Position numbers and translations under genes: made by a program. From Octopus sinensis (taxonomy: Eukaryota): a DNA stretch of 64,000 nucleotides. Positions 49,430 through 63,428 of the stretch are shown here, one piece after another. The notes under the pieces were generated by a model. That model did not search any database, had not been told where the DNA came from, and saw nothing but the letters and a program-made list of their open reading frames with translations. Position 1 is the first letter of the stretch. Each line of letters starts with the position of its first letter. The stretch covers positions 5,084,001 through 5,148,000 of the forward strand of contig NC_043001.1 in assembly GCF_006345805.1 (NCBI RefSeq), in the 5' to 3' direction.

Positions 49430-49925
49430 TTTGCTTTTACCGTTGTTCATAGACGTTGGCTTTGTACAATGAGAATCGGTTCATTCGTTTTAGTTTTTAG
49501 TCCAGAGCTTTTGGACCGTAGTTGGGTTTTACTTACGCTCACTTCACCACTGTCACTCCCTTCCACGGAGTGATATTTCTCTCCATTTCTTTTTGGAATA
49601 TTTTGTAATTCTCTTGGGGTTTTTTTTCTCTCTTTAAACATGTTTGTTATGTTATCTTTTGAGATCTGTCTGCCAGTTTCTTTGCGCTTTGTATTTTGTC
49701 AACTCCTTGTGTATAGAGAAAAGCGCTTTCCTTTTCTTCTACAACCTAATTACATGCAGTTTTGGACATTTTGTTTATAAATATTTTCGTAGTTCATCTG
49801 TTGTTATTTTATAGTAGTTCCTCCTGAGAAGAGTAGATATATTCTCTCTGCGTCTGCTTTGGGTTGGTCACTTCAGTATACTGTAAATGGTGTTCTGTTT
49901 TTTTTTCTATCTACATTTCTCAATA
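49430..49925 (-). mobile_element. Decayed R4/Dong-type fragment, inverted relative to 48910-49355
   Basis: Reverse complement of 49720-49925 repeats 49130-49350 (CCAAAGCAGACGCAGAGAGAATATATCTACT..CTCAGGAGG). Confidence 0.65.
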
Positions 49926-50060
49926 GCATGGTACCGTAGGCTGCAGACAGCAAACCCACTACACAAACGACACTACAAGGGTTTCAACAAAACCTGTTAT
50001 AAAAACAATTAATAAAAACTAAAAATAATAATAATAATAATAATTATAATAATATTAATA

Positions 50061-50112
<52 letters not shown>

Positions 50113-50114
50113 TA

Positions 50115-50194
<80 letters not shown>

Positions 50195-52715
50195 TACTGA
50201 AACAGTGCCTCGTTGCAAAGAAAGCAAAGATGGTAAGATACAACCAAAGAATGAAGGGTTACCACCAGAATAGGTTATTCAGAGTAGATCAGAAAATATT
50301 CTATAGAGAAATAAATGGTGAATGTACAGACGAAAAGTTAATACCAGATAACATTGAAAGTCAAAGGTTTTGGAGTGACATCTGGAGCAACGACAAGGAG
50401 CACAAGAAGGATGGTGAATGGTTGAAAGAATTGAAACAAATAGTTGTCTGTCCAAAACAGGCAGAACTAATTATTTCAGTTGAGGTAGAGAAGGAAATCA
50501 GAGAAAAAAAAAGAAAAAGTGGAATTGGAAAGCCACGGGACCGGATGGAGTTCAAGGGTAGAGAATGGAAATCTTTGGTGAATGTCATGCAGGAATAGCT
50601 GCGCAACTCAACACTTTGTTAAATGCCGACCAAGGAACACCAGAGTGGTTCACATTGGGTAGAACAGTGCTATGCCTGAAAAACATCGAAAAAGGCAATG
50701 CGGTAGACAATTACAGGCTGATATCCTGTTTGCCACTTGTGTGGAAGTTATTGAATAGAATACTCGCAGAGTCAATGTACGAACATCTTGGAAAAGATGG
50801 ATTCCCGCCACATGAGCAGAAGGGTTGCAAGCATAATTGCAGAGGTACCAAGGATCAACTACTTGTAGATAAAACTGTACGAAGAGACTGCAAGTAGAGG
50901 GAAAGTAATTTAGCCCTGTCATGGATCGACTACTGTAAGGCGTACGATATGATCCCACATTCTTGGATTATGGAGTGTATGAACCTTTTTGGGATTGCAT
51001 CGAAAGTTGAGCGATTCCTTGGAAAAAGTATGGCGAATTGGAGGAAGGACCTGACGACATACGGAAGAAGTTTAGGGACTGCAGAAATTAGGAGGGACAT
51101 CTTCCAAGGGCACTGCCTGTCCCCACTGATCTTTGTACTGTGCTTGATACCACTAACACTGATACTAAGGAAAGCAAAAGCCAGGTATGTATTCAAAAAA
51201 CCCCAACAAAAAATCAGCTATCTGTTATTCATGGATGATCTCAAACATTATGGTAAACATAAAGCCTAACTCAGTTCCCTCGTTGATATAATGTATACCT
51301 TCAGTGATGATCAGAATGGATTTTGGACTGAGAAAGTGTGGTGAGTTAGTCTTGAAGGGAAGTAAAATAAAATGTATGTGGCGCTAACGATACCGTCGGT
51401 GGAGGTTATGAAGCAAATGGAAGAGATGGGCTATAATTACTTGGGGGTTTTGGAAATGGATAAATTGATGGAGAAAGAAATCACAGAAAAATGTAAGGTG
51501 GAGTACTTGCGCAAACTGAGACTTAAGTCGAAATTAAACGGACGGAATAAGATTGAAACTATCAATACTAGGGCGGTTTCACTCATTAGGGGTAATCACA
51601 TGGACAGTAGACGAGCTAAACAGCTCAGATAGAAAGACAATGAATTTGCTAACTAGATATGGGTCACTCCATCGAAAACGTGCCACAGGCAGACTGTATG
51701 TACAAAGAAAAAGAGTGGGGAGAGGACTTATTGCATGCGAACGCATTAGAACAGAAGAAAACAACATAGCATCGTATGTAAAATATCCCACAAAACCGCA
51801 ATTATTAGAAGTAGGAAGATCAAGCTTGTGTACGATGAAAGATTGCAAAGATAAAGCACTATACAAGAAATTGAAAAGGAATGAAACTGAAAATAGGTGG
51901 TCAAAGAAAAGAATGCATGGTCAATTTCATAGGGATATTGAAGATACGACAGACAGAGAAAAAAGATGGCTGTGGATGACAAAAAGTGATTTAAAACCGG
52001 AAACGGAAGCTCTAATCTGTGCTGCCTAACAGCAGGCACTAAGAAAAAACTACATAAAATACAGAATAGAAAACACAGCAGAAAGGGACAAGGGCAAAAG
52101 CTGTGGGCAAAATGGTTAAACCGTATGGTAAATTGCCAGCCAATGTACGTCAGTAGCCCAGAAAGAATATGGGAGACACCACGACTATATAGCTAGGCTT
52201 GTCCATTGGCCAATCTGCAACAAGTATGGACTTGACAGAGCAAAACAATTGGTATGACCAACAAACGTGAAGGCATCATCGAAAATACAAAATGCAAAGA
52301 CTCTGTGGGATTTTATGATTCAGTGAGACTATGAGATTGAGAAAAGGAAGCCAGATATAGTCTTAATTGATAAAGAAAACAAACTATGCTGGATCATAGA
52401 TATAGCATGCCCAGATGACAACAAGGTATGCGATAAGGAAGAAGTGTTGAGAGATATGACAGGTTAGCTTGGGAGGTCGATGAAAAAGGTAGCAGTAGGA
52501 CCAATAATTGTTGGAGCCCTGGGAACAGGGAGTAAACATCTCGAGAAGTACGCGGAACAAATAGGGGCTGCAATAAGAGTGGAGCACTTGCAGAAAACAT
52601 CACTGCATGGAACCACTCGAATACTCTGGATGGTGCTCGAAAAATAAGAGTCGTTACCTTAATTCACTGGTAGTGAACAGCTGACACTGTGGTACATCTC
52701 CAGCTGTGCAAAGGC
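50195..52715 (+). mobile_element. 5'-truncated R4/Dong-type retrotransposon (fourth family), heavily disrupted
   Basis: ORF pieces include [59 protein letters not shown]. (AAT)n lies on the 5' side (50024-50190) and (AAT/AAC)n on the 3' side. Confidence 0.85.
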
Positions 52716-52763
52716 AATAATAACAACAACAATAATAATATTAATAATAATAACAACAAAAAC

Positions 52764-52950
52764 AACATCGAAAAATACCTTAGGAATGAGAAACCAGGCT
52801 CGAAATTTCCCCAAGACACCTGATGAAGGATGGAGGGTATTTCAGCCGAAACGTTGTGTTAAACAACAAACAAGATGAGGACAAATATTCGTCAAATATA
52901 AATAATGTGAATACTGTAAATAATGTACATACTTCTTCATCTCTTAATTA
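52764..52950 (+). mobile_element. Hammerhead-bearing module, family H, copy 3
   Basis: AACATCGAAAAATACCTTAGGAATGAG...; follows the Dong 3' end across the repeat linker. Confidence 0.85.
52815..52860 (+). ncRNA. Candidate minimal type I hammerhead ribozyme (intact core)
   Basis: GACAC-CUGAUGA-A-GGAUG-gagggUauuu-CAGCC-GAAA-CG-UU-GUGUU. Confidence 0.7.
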
Positions 52951-54355
52951 TAGAATAGCAATTAAATATATTAAGATTATCTCTGTATCCAAATGGGTTC
53001 GTTGGTTGTTTAGAAAACGATGACCTCAAAAAATTCATTCAAATTTGTATTTTTGAATATCAATGTGCAATTTGCATAAATGCCTCCCACTAATCCACAA
53101 ATCGAAGTTAGTGTTCTGCACTAGAATACTGTTAACGCAGCATATTCAATCAAATACTAAATGCTACCAATGCACATTTCGTATTTTATTCAAATAGAAT
53201 ATAATGCCCAATACGTCTCACTATTATTCATTCCATAATTCCATATTAACTCCATCATTTATTTCTCATTTCGATCTAGGTTTGCTATTCATACAATATC
53301 CGCTAAACCATCTACATCCATGTGTGTGTTTTTATATGAAATATTCCCATTTACTTTTACGTTCAATGTATCTGTTATAATGTGGGACGCACTCCATTGA
53401 AAGTTAATTTAATGTTTGTTAGAACTTGTGATGTTTTATAATTACTAAGCCATACACTACACACTATAATCTGGAATCGTTGCTGCTCTGCATTCGGAGT
53501 TCATAGGAGATGGATGATAATGCCAACATGCATATCGTTTTTATATTGTCAGTAATGAAAATTTCATTCCAAAGTTTGGAGAAATCGTGCTATTGGACGT
53601 CATGCGCAATTGAATTCAAACATTCATTATTAGGTGATACGCATTACTAAGAATCAACAAATTGCTAATAATATTGTTATTACAAACATTAATACCATTT
53701 ATAATAGTACTTGATGTTATATTCATTATCCTGCGAGCACTAACTTCTGATGTATTTACAGATATTGGAATATAATAAGTTAATATTTGATGATGTGTCA
53801 TTGTCCATCTGTGATATGTTCCCTGCTTTACAGTGGTGGCTCATAATAAAATGATTATTGAATGATTGTTTCTATACAAATATCCTCTTTATCTCCTGTA
53901 TATTACAGAATTTGCAAACCAATGCGAAGAGATCTAATACTGGGAAAATAATTACTTTTTCCAATTTCTTGTTTCAAATATTTATTGTTGAGCTTATGTA
54001 TAAGATTATCCGGATTTACACTCTTACCGGATAGAGCAGTGGATTATAAACGGGATTTGTTGTTAACGAAGTATTTTGTCGAATGACCAAAATCTAATCC
54101 GTTGTCTTAAATCGTTCCGAATCTTGGTCGTTAATATGCAACTTCAAATTTCATCGGAAACAAAAAAATGTTTATCAAGTCACTATATTTTCTCATTTCC
54201 AAGTATCTGTGTTTGGAAAATATTTTTATTGCCAACATCGAGCGGATATTGTATTTTAAAATGCTTCCATGTAATAGTTCTTTAGAATCGCATAAAATGG
54301 AAGATAAAGCTAGTATGATTTTATGATGTATTTTACCAAGTATATACAATATGAC

Positions 54356-54735
54356 GTGGAGGCGCAATGGCCCTGTCGTTAGGACAGTGGACTTGTGGTC
54401 ATAGGATGGCAGTTTCGATTCTCGTACCGGGTTTTGTGAGTGTTTGTTGAGCGAAAACCCCTCAAGCTCCACGTGGCTCCGGCAGGGTGTGGTGGCGATC
54501 CCTGCTATATTATTCCACCGCAACATTCTCTCGCTCTTTCTTCCTGTATCTGTTATACATGCATTTCAAAGGGCCAGCCTTGTCGCACTCTCTGTCACGC
54601 TGAATCTTCCGACAACTACGTTAAAGGTAGACGTGTCTGTGGAGTGCTCAGCTATTTGCAGGTCAATTACACGAGCAGGCTGTTCCATTGATCGGATCAA
54701 CTAGAACCCTCGTCGTCGTAACAGACGGAGTGTCA
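54356..54735 (+). mobile_element. tRNA-headed SINE, family D
   Basis: A-box-like TGGCCCTGTCGTTAGG and B-box GTTTCGATTCTC. The head is shared with 62650-62848(-). Confidence 0.8.
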
Positions 54736-55014
54736 CGATATAATGTGAGCTCTTTAGTGTTTGTACTTTAAAAATTTTCAAGAAGCAATACATTTTTTGT
54801 CTTATATAGATTAATTCTTTAAAGTGACATCTGAAAAGTAAAATAAAAAACTAGAAAATATATAGCTGTACAATCTTATAGGATTTCTTTTGCATGTTTT
54901 TGGAATATCAATAACTTTCACTGTCATATCATAATGAACGAAGAATTACATTTGATAAAAACAAGTGATTTCACTGTTGATACTTTTACTAGTCCTTGTG
55001 CTGAGAGTAGAATG

Positions 55015-55200
55015 TGTTATTCCCAAGATTGGCACAAGGCCAGCATTTTCGAAGGAGGGGGAAAAGTGATTGCGTAAACTGGTTCATATGAATTGATGAT
55101 AAGCAATGTGGAACTCGGAGGAAAATGAACTCAGAATGAAAAGATGAAATAACACTAAACATTTTTACTCACACTGTCAACGATACCAACAGCTCACCGT
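55015..55200 (-). mobile_element. Highly degenerate family-A-related SINE
   Basis: GAACTCAGAA (reverse complement TTCTGAGTTC) with flanking similarity to family A. Confidence 0.35.
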
Positions 55201-57377
55201 GTTAATAAAATTGCATATTAATTTTGCAAGTGGAAAAAATATGGATCGAAGCAAAACCTAACAAAAACAATTAAAACAAAGAGAAAATGCAGCAGCAAGA
55301 TTTTTACCTGTTGTTCATTCTTATTTCAATGATATTTAGATTTTAGAATTATTTACTTTGGGTTTTATATACTTTTAAATTTATCTCTCAACTGTAACTA
55401 TGAATATGTTCTGTTTTCTTTTTTTCTTTTTGCGAAGAACACCTAAACTCTGATTGCAGGATTTAAAAAAAATCTACAATAAGAGTTATTCTCAAGGTTT
55501 ATTTTATGAACCCTCAGCATTTTAAAATAGGGCCGGGATCAGGCTTTATGACCTATAATCTATTTTTAATGGTTAGCTCTTTGGCTTCTGTATTAAGGGA
55601 ACTAAAAGCCTCATTTCTACATTTCTTTTAAAAAGATATTTGTTTTATTCCTCGATTGTGCAGAATCACGTCGTTTTCAGGTTTGTAAATATCAGTGATA
55701 TTTTCCGAAAGATCTAGAACTCAGTTTTGGTAATAAAAGGATTAAATTCATCAAGGACAAAGAATCCGAGTCTACACTTTCCCTTGTACTTTATTCCCTT
55801 AAAGCACTCCAGCACTTCTGATGTGTTACAAGTTAGTAGAAAAATATTAGAAAGAATAATTTGTAGATAAAAGCAATTTCATCATTAAGTTTATGGTGAA
55901 CCACTTTAGAAGTATTCGAATGAGTTACGGGAATGAAAAAGAAGTGAAACATGGATCCATGTAACTTGATTTTATCCATCTGCAACCAAAACTATATTAA
56001 TAAATATCATAACATTTTCAAAAAGAATGTTGATAAAGATTATAAATGTTTGCAAAATATGATATAAATGCATTGGACATTGAGGTAATTATGAACTCAA
56101 GAAAGTCAATGCAAAAAAATTATTACTGGTTTTCAATATTGTGTCATGGGTCAAGAAAAACAAGGATGAGTACTCTGAGTGCCCTTGGGACATATGATAG
56201 TACCTAGGTAAGTTGTGTTAAAGGGATACACACACACAAACACACATATATGTATTTTCTAAATTACTAAGAATAAAATAATGATTGCCCTTTCAATAGA
56301 GGAATTATAATAGTGATAAGTTAGACAGTTTTCGGAAAGATTTTATTAACGTAGCCCAGTAAATAAGACTTTGTATTCTTGTAAATATAAACTTTATCGC
56401 TATTAATTTTCTTCACGCAGTTTTGAGTCTGGACAATGATAGTTTCCACAATTTTCCTCAGGGCATAAGATTAGAAAAATATTGAATATAAAATTGTATG
56501 AAAGTTATTTATTCAGTCTGGAAGAATTTCTTGTACTATATCAGAGGTCATAGTACTGCGAAGCTGAATGGAAAAACGATGCAAATAGGCAGCAAAGATC
56601 ATGCAAATGTAGTGTAGTTGAGAACTGCACACGGTAAGTGTTAAGAAAAGAGGATTGTATACAGAGCCAAGGTTCCATCAAAGAGCACTGGTGAACCAAA
56701 AGCATCTGTTGGGGCAACAGATCTCACATTCAAAAGCAGTAGGTAGAGGTATAACCCTTCATTTGCGAGCAGCAACAGAAAATAGGCTGCGTGTTTGTTG
56801 AAGTTTATATGTTTCTACAATGAGAAAAGTATTCACGAATGTAAATTTACTTGGTCATTTGTAGTGGGTGCGACACCATACAGGAACGGGGGTTTCATTT
56901 GAAAGATGAGGTATGACATTTGTTTCAGTAAAAGAGTGAAAATTTAAATTCAAAATAGTTTTATCCTCAAAAGAACTTAACTGTTAATGCCGTGTATGTA
57001 CGCAGCTAAGAAGCTGTTATTCAAAGTGAAGTCAGCTTTAATATCATTGAACCTAATAAAAGTTGTTTTTTAAATATTTGTTATTTTAATAGTTCTCGAT
57101 ATAATTTTAAATATATTGTGGTGTCTGTATGTGTGTGCGTATATGTGTATATTCATCTATCTATGTGTATGCATAAAAATAGTGTGCGTATGAGTATATC
57201 TGTGTCTAAATGCATATGTCACAAGAGGCGTATACAAACTGAACGCTCAAAATAATGTTTAAGAGTATTAGTTTGTAACTCTGATTAATGTGCATCCCAG
57301 CTTCATGATTTCCGGTAATAAGTATGAAGATTATAATAAAGGGAACCACAAGAGCCATGATTAAGTTCCAAGAAGCC

Positions 57378-57925
57378 GCATGCCATCAAAGTGATATTGG
57401 GGTAAAATATACGAATCCCAGCATACCCATCATGACTACTCGTCTGATAAGTGTACACCAGACACATGCATCACAACCATATGTGCGCGACATGGTGATC
57501 TTATATCAAGATAAACAGCACATGACCTTGCAGGTGGGGCCCAGTTAGAATTTTCTTCTGGTCGAGTAACCAATCCAGCTCAAAACGGCCCTGAATAAAG
57601 GTTGTTTAAAGATGTTGAACGAAACACCCATGTTTCCAGAGGTGAATTATTCAAACCCAAAAGAATCCCTCTCAACACATGGCTATGATGCCCTCCCCCA
57701 CTACCCCTGCTCGTGATCAGAGATACACATATCGCTAGCCAAGCCACTAAGGGACATGCTCAACCGGTCAAGGTCAAACCACCGGCAAGCTACTCTGTGG
57801 TATTGAGCAGAATATTTGCTGTAGCCCATCTTTTATACAAAGACAAATCAATGTACAGGATGATACTTCAATCAGTTAAGATATGAAGATATGAGAGTCA
57901 CTGCCAGTTAATGCATCAGGGAATT
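57378..57925 (-). mobile_element. Family F element, lacking the last ~15 nt and the tail
   Basis: Reverse complement is collinear with 24503-25040. The 5' side abuts (CAT)n at 57931-57995. Confidence 0.85.
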
Positions 57926-59267
57926 TATCCTCATGATGATGATGACGATCATCATACCGATCATCATCATCCTCATCATCATCATCATCATTATAATCAT
58001 CAACAATTCTATTCATAGTCAATGTACCAGATGTAAATTTTTTAGTATTAAAGTTATTCAGCCTAAAAATATTTTTAAAATGCGCAATAGTAAGCCCAAG
58101 ATTTTCGTTGTTAGTGTAAGGAAATAAGGAGAGGTATTTTGAAGTTTAATCATCGCATAAAAGAAGCAAAAGCAGAAAAAATAAATGTTATTGATACACA
58201 CAAAACTATAAACAGTTGTACATACAACATGGCTCACAGAGTGTTTGTTTCAGACAGAAAGAAATAAACAAATCTCCAGTCATTAATTATATTAGCCAAT
58301 CCACAGTAGAAAATGTCTCAGTTGAAATCATTCTACAATTAACTGGAATATTAGGAATATATTGAATTCTGCATTTAAACATATTGCTAACAAATAATAA
58401 GAAAAACATAGCATAACATAATAAATTTTGATGATCTCAGAAAAGTGTAATATCAATTAAATTAAATTTCTACGATGATAAATTATTTCGTTTTACATGT
58501 TTCTACTTTTAATTTCTTTTATTTTAATTTAATTCAATATGGCGACCTTTTGATTATTTTCCAATTATATACTTGAATATCTCTAGAAACAAGACATATT
58601 TGAAAATTATTTTAAAATTTTTAATTAGTATAAATATTTCCCAAATTAACGTGATGAAAATGTCAGAAAGTAAGACGCATTGCTACATGTATTTATAACA
58701 TGTTTGTAACTTGCAAATTTTTTCCTTGTTTTCAATTTCACCGCTGCGCTTGAAACACGACAGAGCAATATATTTAAACATTGCCTATTCGTGACAAATG
58801 GGCCATATTTAACGGTATTTTACAAACATTTCATCTCCCATTTGAGATTCATAATAGAAATTTCCTTGTCTCATTTTCTTGTGTTATCTACATTTAGAAT
58901 ACATAATTCTTTAAATAAGTTGGATCATGTTAAATAATCTGTTAATGAGTGTTTTTATTATAAGATATTTGACAACCAAAAATTTGGGTATGTTTCCAGT
59001 GTAGTATTTACAGAGTGCACAGACTCCCATACGTACAGAAAGACTTGTAGAAAATATACAGATCATGGACGCAGAGAGAAAACCGACATTAAGTACGTAG
59101 TATATCACTGCTGAATTTGCGATTATTCAGATCTTTACAATAAATGTATAGACTATTGCAACAAAGTAGTCAGTTCATCTTTATCAGATTCCCATCACAA
59201 AACGTTCTTTGCAAAGGGCATGCTATTAGAAATAAACGTATTCCCGAATACAGGCGGTATTTTTTGT

Positions 59268-59506
59268 AGGCGGCGAGCTGGTAGAAACATTAGCACACCG
59301 GGCGAAATGCGTAGCCGTATTTCGTCTGCCGTTACGTTCTGAGTTCAAATTCCGCCGAGGTCGTCTTTGCCTTTCATCCTTTCGGGGTTGATTAAATAAG
59401 TAGTAGTTATGTACAGGGGTCAATATAATCGACATAATCCGTTTGTCTGTCTTTTTTTGTCCTCTCTATGTTTAGCCCCTTGTGGATAGTAAAGAAAGAG
59501 GTATTT
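59268..59506 (+). mobile_element. SINE family A copy
   Basis: Collinear with 5-236 and ends AAAGAAAGAGGTATTT. Confidence 0.88.
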
Positions 59507-60304
59507 ATTGAAGGCAATTGCAGGAAAGAGGAGTCGAAGAGGTTTTGTAGAATTGCTGGAACGTACTGGTTACGAAAAAAGAGATATCAAGTGAAATTTT
59601 TAAAATCAAGGAAGCAGGAAACTGATTTATTAAGTTTTCAGCAAGACACCTCTCAGTCAGGATACCAGACATGTATGATGGCACAGGTTACAAAAGTGTG
59701 AGAGAAATATTTGCCGACAAATATACAGTCAAAATTGCTTGGCAGAAAGAGTTCGTGATTGACATTTACAGGATATATAGGTTTTTTAAAGACATCTTTC
59801 GAAGTTGAAAGTAAAGACATCGACCTGATATTATTTATTCGAATACCTGCTTTCATGAACCTGTAAAAGGCGGTTACATTCAAATATAATAACGGAGAGA
59901 TACAAAATCATAATGAAATACTCTTTGTTGGAGCGATTAAGACTCAAATAAACATCAGTCATTGTAATAAGGAAACCTGCATTATAATCTATATGTTGCA
60001 GGTAATATTATGAAGCCTATTTTGGCCCCAAAACGAAGAAGAGAGTATGTTGGAAACATCTGTGATACAACTCATGATGAGAAGAAACAATTCCATAACT
60101 TAGTAATGCCAGAATACAGAGTACAACATAGATGCCTCTCTGGAGCGAGGGGGATAGGAATATTTAACATATAGATTACGTCACACATGCGGGCCTATTC
60201 CATATCGAAACAATAGGTACAGAAGATTAAATGGACACTCAAATTTTAGCGTCAGCTTTCCCTTCTGAGATCAAAATTTGTTTTACAACATTGGAAACTG
60301 CATA

Positions 60305-60329
<25 letters not shown>

Positions 60330-60335
<6 letters not shown>

Positions 60336-60486
60336 TCTAGTTTCAGCTCAGAGCTGCGGCCATGCTGATGCACCGCCGTTTTGTGCTACACTGTTTTTGC
60401 GACGAACCTCGTCTAATATGTGACACTTGGTGAAGAATGGAGTTTGATACAGCTACTCTCATTTGCACCTCTTGCCGTGAGGTAGG
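60330..60486 (-). mobile_element. 3'-terminal fragment of the CR1/L2-like LINE family seen at 32180-33259
   Basis: Reverse complement ends GGCGGTGCATCAGCATGGCCGCAGCTCTGAGCTGAAACTAG + poly(A). Confidence 0.75.
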
Positions 60487-60500
60487 TGTATAATATTATA

Positions 60501-60564
<64 letters not shown>

Positions 60565-60974
60565 ACACTGACCTTGTGACAAGTCCAAATGATTTGCAGG
60601 ATGAATATAAGAGGTCTAATATGACCACAGCTTTCATTGAAATTAATCATAGCTTAACACTACAATGTGACGAGACGCAAAATAAACAACAATATGAATG
60701 AAGACAAGAATAAATATTGCCCGTACCATTTGAGACATTATTGAGACATTGGTAAGTCTCAGTATCATACTAGATAGACGTGTACATTTCGTTTGTAATG
60801 TGGCTTCGATGTGTGTGCATGTGTAACAATGAGTTATCATGTTAGTAGTTTGTCATGCACTTTCTCTATATATATGTGTGTTTGTGTTTGTGTATGTATA
60901 CACATACACAATCACACACATATATATATATACATACGCACCTATATATATAAATATATATACATATATATATA

Positions 60975-61026
<52 letters not shown>

Positions 61027-61538
61027 TTATAAATATATATATATATAACCAGCTATAGGTTTTGAACGAGTGGGTGTTTTCTAAAGGGTGAGGTTATTAT
61101 CATGGTATTATCAATTACTTTCACTCATGGATTACTTACGTGGCAAATCAGCTTCTGTTCTGATTGATTTTCTGAATCAATTTCTAACCATTTCACAAGT
61201 CAGATTCTGATGAAATAAATTATTGATTCATTTGACATCGGAGCAGCTTAGAACTATAATATACTAGACAAATCTAATTTGCTTCCGCTATAACTTGATA
61301 ACTACTCGCTTATCATAGATGCAATGCACCATAAGAAATTGCTTTTGAAAATAAGGTTAAAGAGTTTGTCATTTAAGTTATCTTATTGGATACGTGCTAA
61401 GTGTAGATGATGAATATTCTACACGCTCAAGTCAAATAATAAATATTCAAATTCCATCCGTGGTTCTTTTTTCTGGTGGTATTTTGCATATATTTAGTAT
61501 AAACTGGAATGTTTATTCGTGAACTCCCACCTGCGATG

Positions 61539-61585
<47 letters not shown>

Positions 61586-62550
61586 GCAGCCTTAACGCCC
61601 TGGGTGCATCTGTATTTTAAATGGATAAACTGTATAAAAGCAATTTTAATTGTTTTCATAGAAAGTGCAGTTTTGCATGTAAAGCAATTTTGACATATAT
61701 TAATTCTGTAGGCCTACTTTTTCTTCTAATATTCATAAATAGTTCGTCCTTTTGAACGGAGTGTTCGATTTAATCGAATTAACTTTCTCTTATTCTTTGT
61801 AGTTTGCGCAATATAGAAAAGCTATTCTCTGATCAACACACTCTACTACATAACTTTATTGATAAAGTATTTTCTGAGATAACTTGGAACTGCAAGATAT
61901 ATTTCTAAAACATCAATACTGTTCTCGTGCAACGGAACGCAAGAAACATATTTGAAAAGAGAATCAGAAATATATTGCACTTGTTTTTGTTGCTATTCTT
62001 TTGTCTTGTAATTAATGAAAGAAAATCTCTTTAAAATTCCAAAAGTAAAAAAAAATGAGAAAATACGAAACACAAATCAACGATTTCTGCAATAGTTTCG
62101 ATTTCCAAACTTACATCAGCGGAACAAGTTCGGTCTTTAATTGTTACTAAATGCACATTGATTTTCCTGTAATGTCTCTAAGAACATGAGATAAAAGTTT
62201 AAAATGTAAACAGAAATGAAGGCTGATCAGAGTATCGACAGAAATGCATATTTTCAAAATATAGCAGAGGCATGCAAGTAGCAATTTTGATGAATCGAAG
62301 GTAAAATATTGAAGGTTACTGACAGAATATATTGGACATGCAGAAGTGCATTACTGTCACTGAGACAGGTAAATGTCTTTTGTTCATTAAAATGTCAATT
62401 ATGACATAAGCAGAAAACAAATTGGAAAATTTAAAGAAATAATGTTCTGAAGTAATTTCGTATAAAAGTAACCCACAGTGATATTCGCACAATTACTATA
62501 TCATATATTTTATTGAAATCACATTTGATATGTAAAAAACGATAAACGTC

Positions 62551-62848
62551 GCCCGTTTCAAGCCTAGCCTCACACTTGGGCCCGGTTACCCTGTTCCTGA
62601 GGCGTACGTGTAGCACCCAACTGGACGGGACGCCAGTCCATCGCAGCGTTACTCAAAAAACAAGAGAGTGTGAAAGTTGTGGCGAAAGAGTACAACCGGG
62701 GTCGCCCCCCACCACACCCTGCAGGGGTTTCGTGGATCTTTTTGGTGTTTTCGCTCAATAAACACACACAACACCCGGTCTGGGAATCGTAACCGCATTC
62801 CTCCGACTCCGAGTCCGCTGCCCAAACTACTGGGCCATTGCACCTCCA
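62551..62848 (-). mobile_element. SINE with a family-D head and an alternative tail
   Basis: Head matches 54356-54530. The tail (GCTGCGATGGACTGGCGTCCCGTCCAG..GGCTAGGCTT) matches 62854-62955 rather than the 54540-54735 tail. Confidence 0.75.
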
Positions 62849-62853
62849 CTTTC

Positions 62854-63098
62854 GCCCTTTTAAAGCCTAGCCAGGCTCATGGGCGCAATTTTCCGGTTTC
62901 TATGGCGTATGTGTTCCCCAGCTGGACGGGGCGACAGTCCATCGCAGCGTCACTCATTTTTGCTATCTGAGTGGACTGGAGCAACGTGAAATGAAGTGTG
63001 TTGCTCAAGAACACAACGCGTCGCCCGGTCCAGTAATCGAAACCACAATCTTACGATCATGATGCTGACAACCTAACTACTAAATCACGAGCCTCCAC
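62854..63098 (-). mobile_element. SINE with a family-B-like head and the same alternative tail
   Basis: Head/CORE (..CGATT..GGACCGGG..TTGTGTTCTTGAGCAA) resembles 3463-3600. The tail is shared with 62551-62655. Confidence 0.75.
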
Positions 63099-63214
63099 CA
63101 TTTGATATGTAGCGAAAATATTTTTTATATGAAAGAGCAAGGATTTGAAAATGATGCAATCACACCACGAAATGTTAGTGAATGCATTCAAAGTATTAGA
63201 AATGTAATGATGTC

Positions 63215-63245
<31 letters not shown>

Positions 63246-63380
63246 GAGGGCATTATACATACATGCCAGGAGGCATTATATATACATGCCAAACGCTAAG
63301 AGGGACAATCAGTCATTTCTACCAAAAATATTACTAATCCCACCGAATGCAATTTTTCAAAGAAAGACATTTAAAAATAT

Positions 63381-63428
63381 AGACCTGTATCACAGTGATT
63401 TCATACTTACGTAATCATCAGCAGGCCT
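63381..63428 (-). ncRNA. Candidate type I hammerhead ribozyme, unit 1
   Basis: AGGCCUG-CUGAUGA-UUAC-GUAA-GUAU-GAAA-UCACUGUGA-UA-CAGGUCU: 7-bp stem I, GNRA-capped stem II, 4-bp/near-palindromic stem III. Confidence 0.78.

Noticed and set aside
56517-56633. AG...GTAAGT-bounded exon candidate, plus another strong donor at 56208
   Set aside because: Stop codons in all three frames and no recognisable protein similarity. A non-coding exon cannot be supported without RNA data.
59510-60250. PDMYDGTGYK, reminiscent of CMC/EnSpm transposases
   Set aside because: A single short motif; the expected downstream motifs are not visible.
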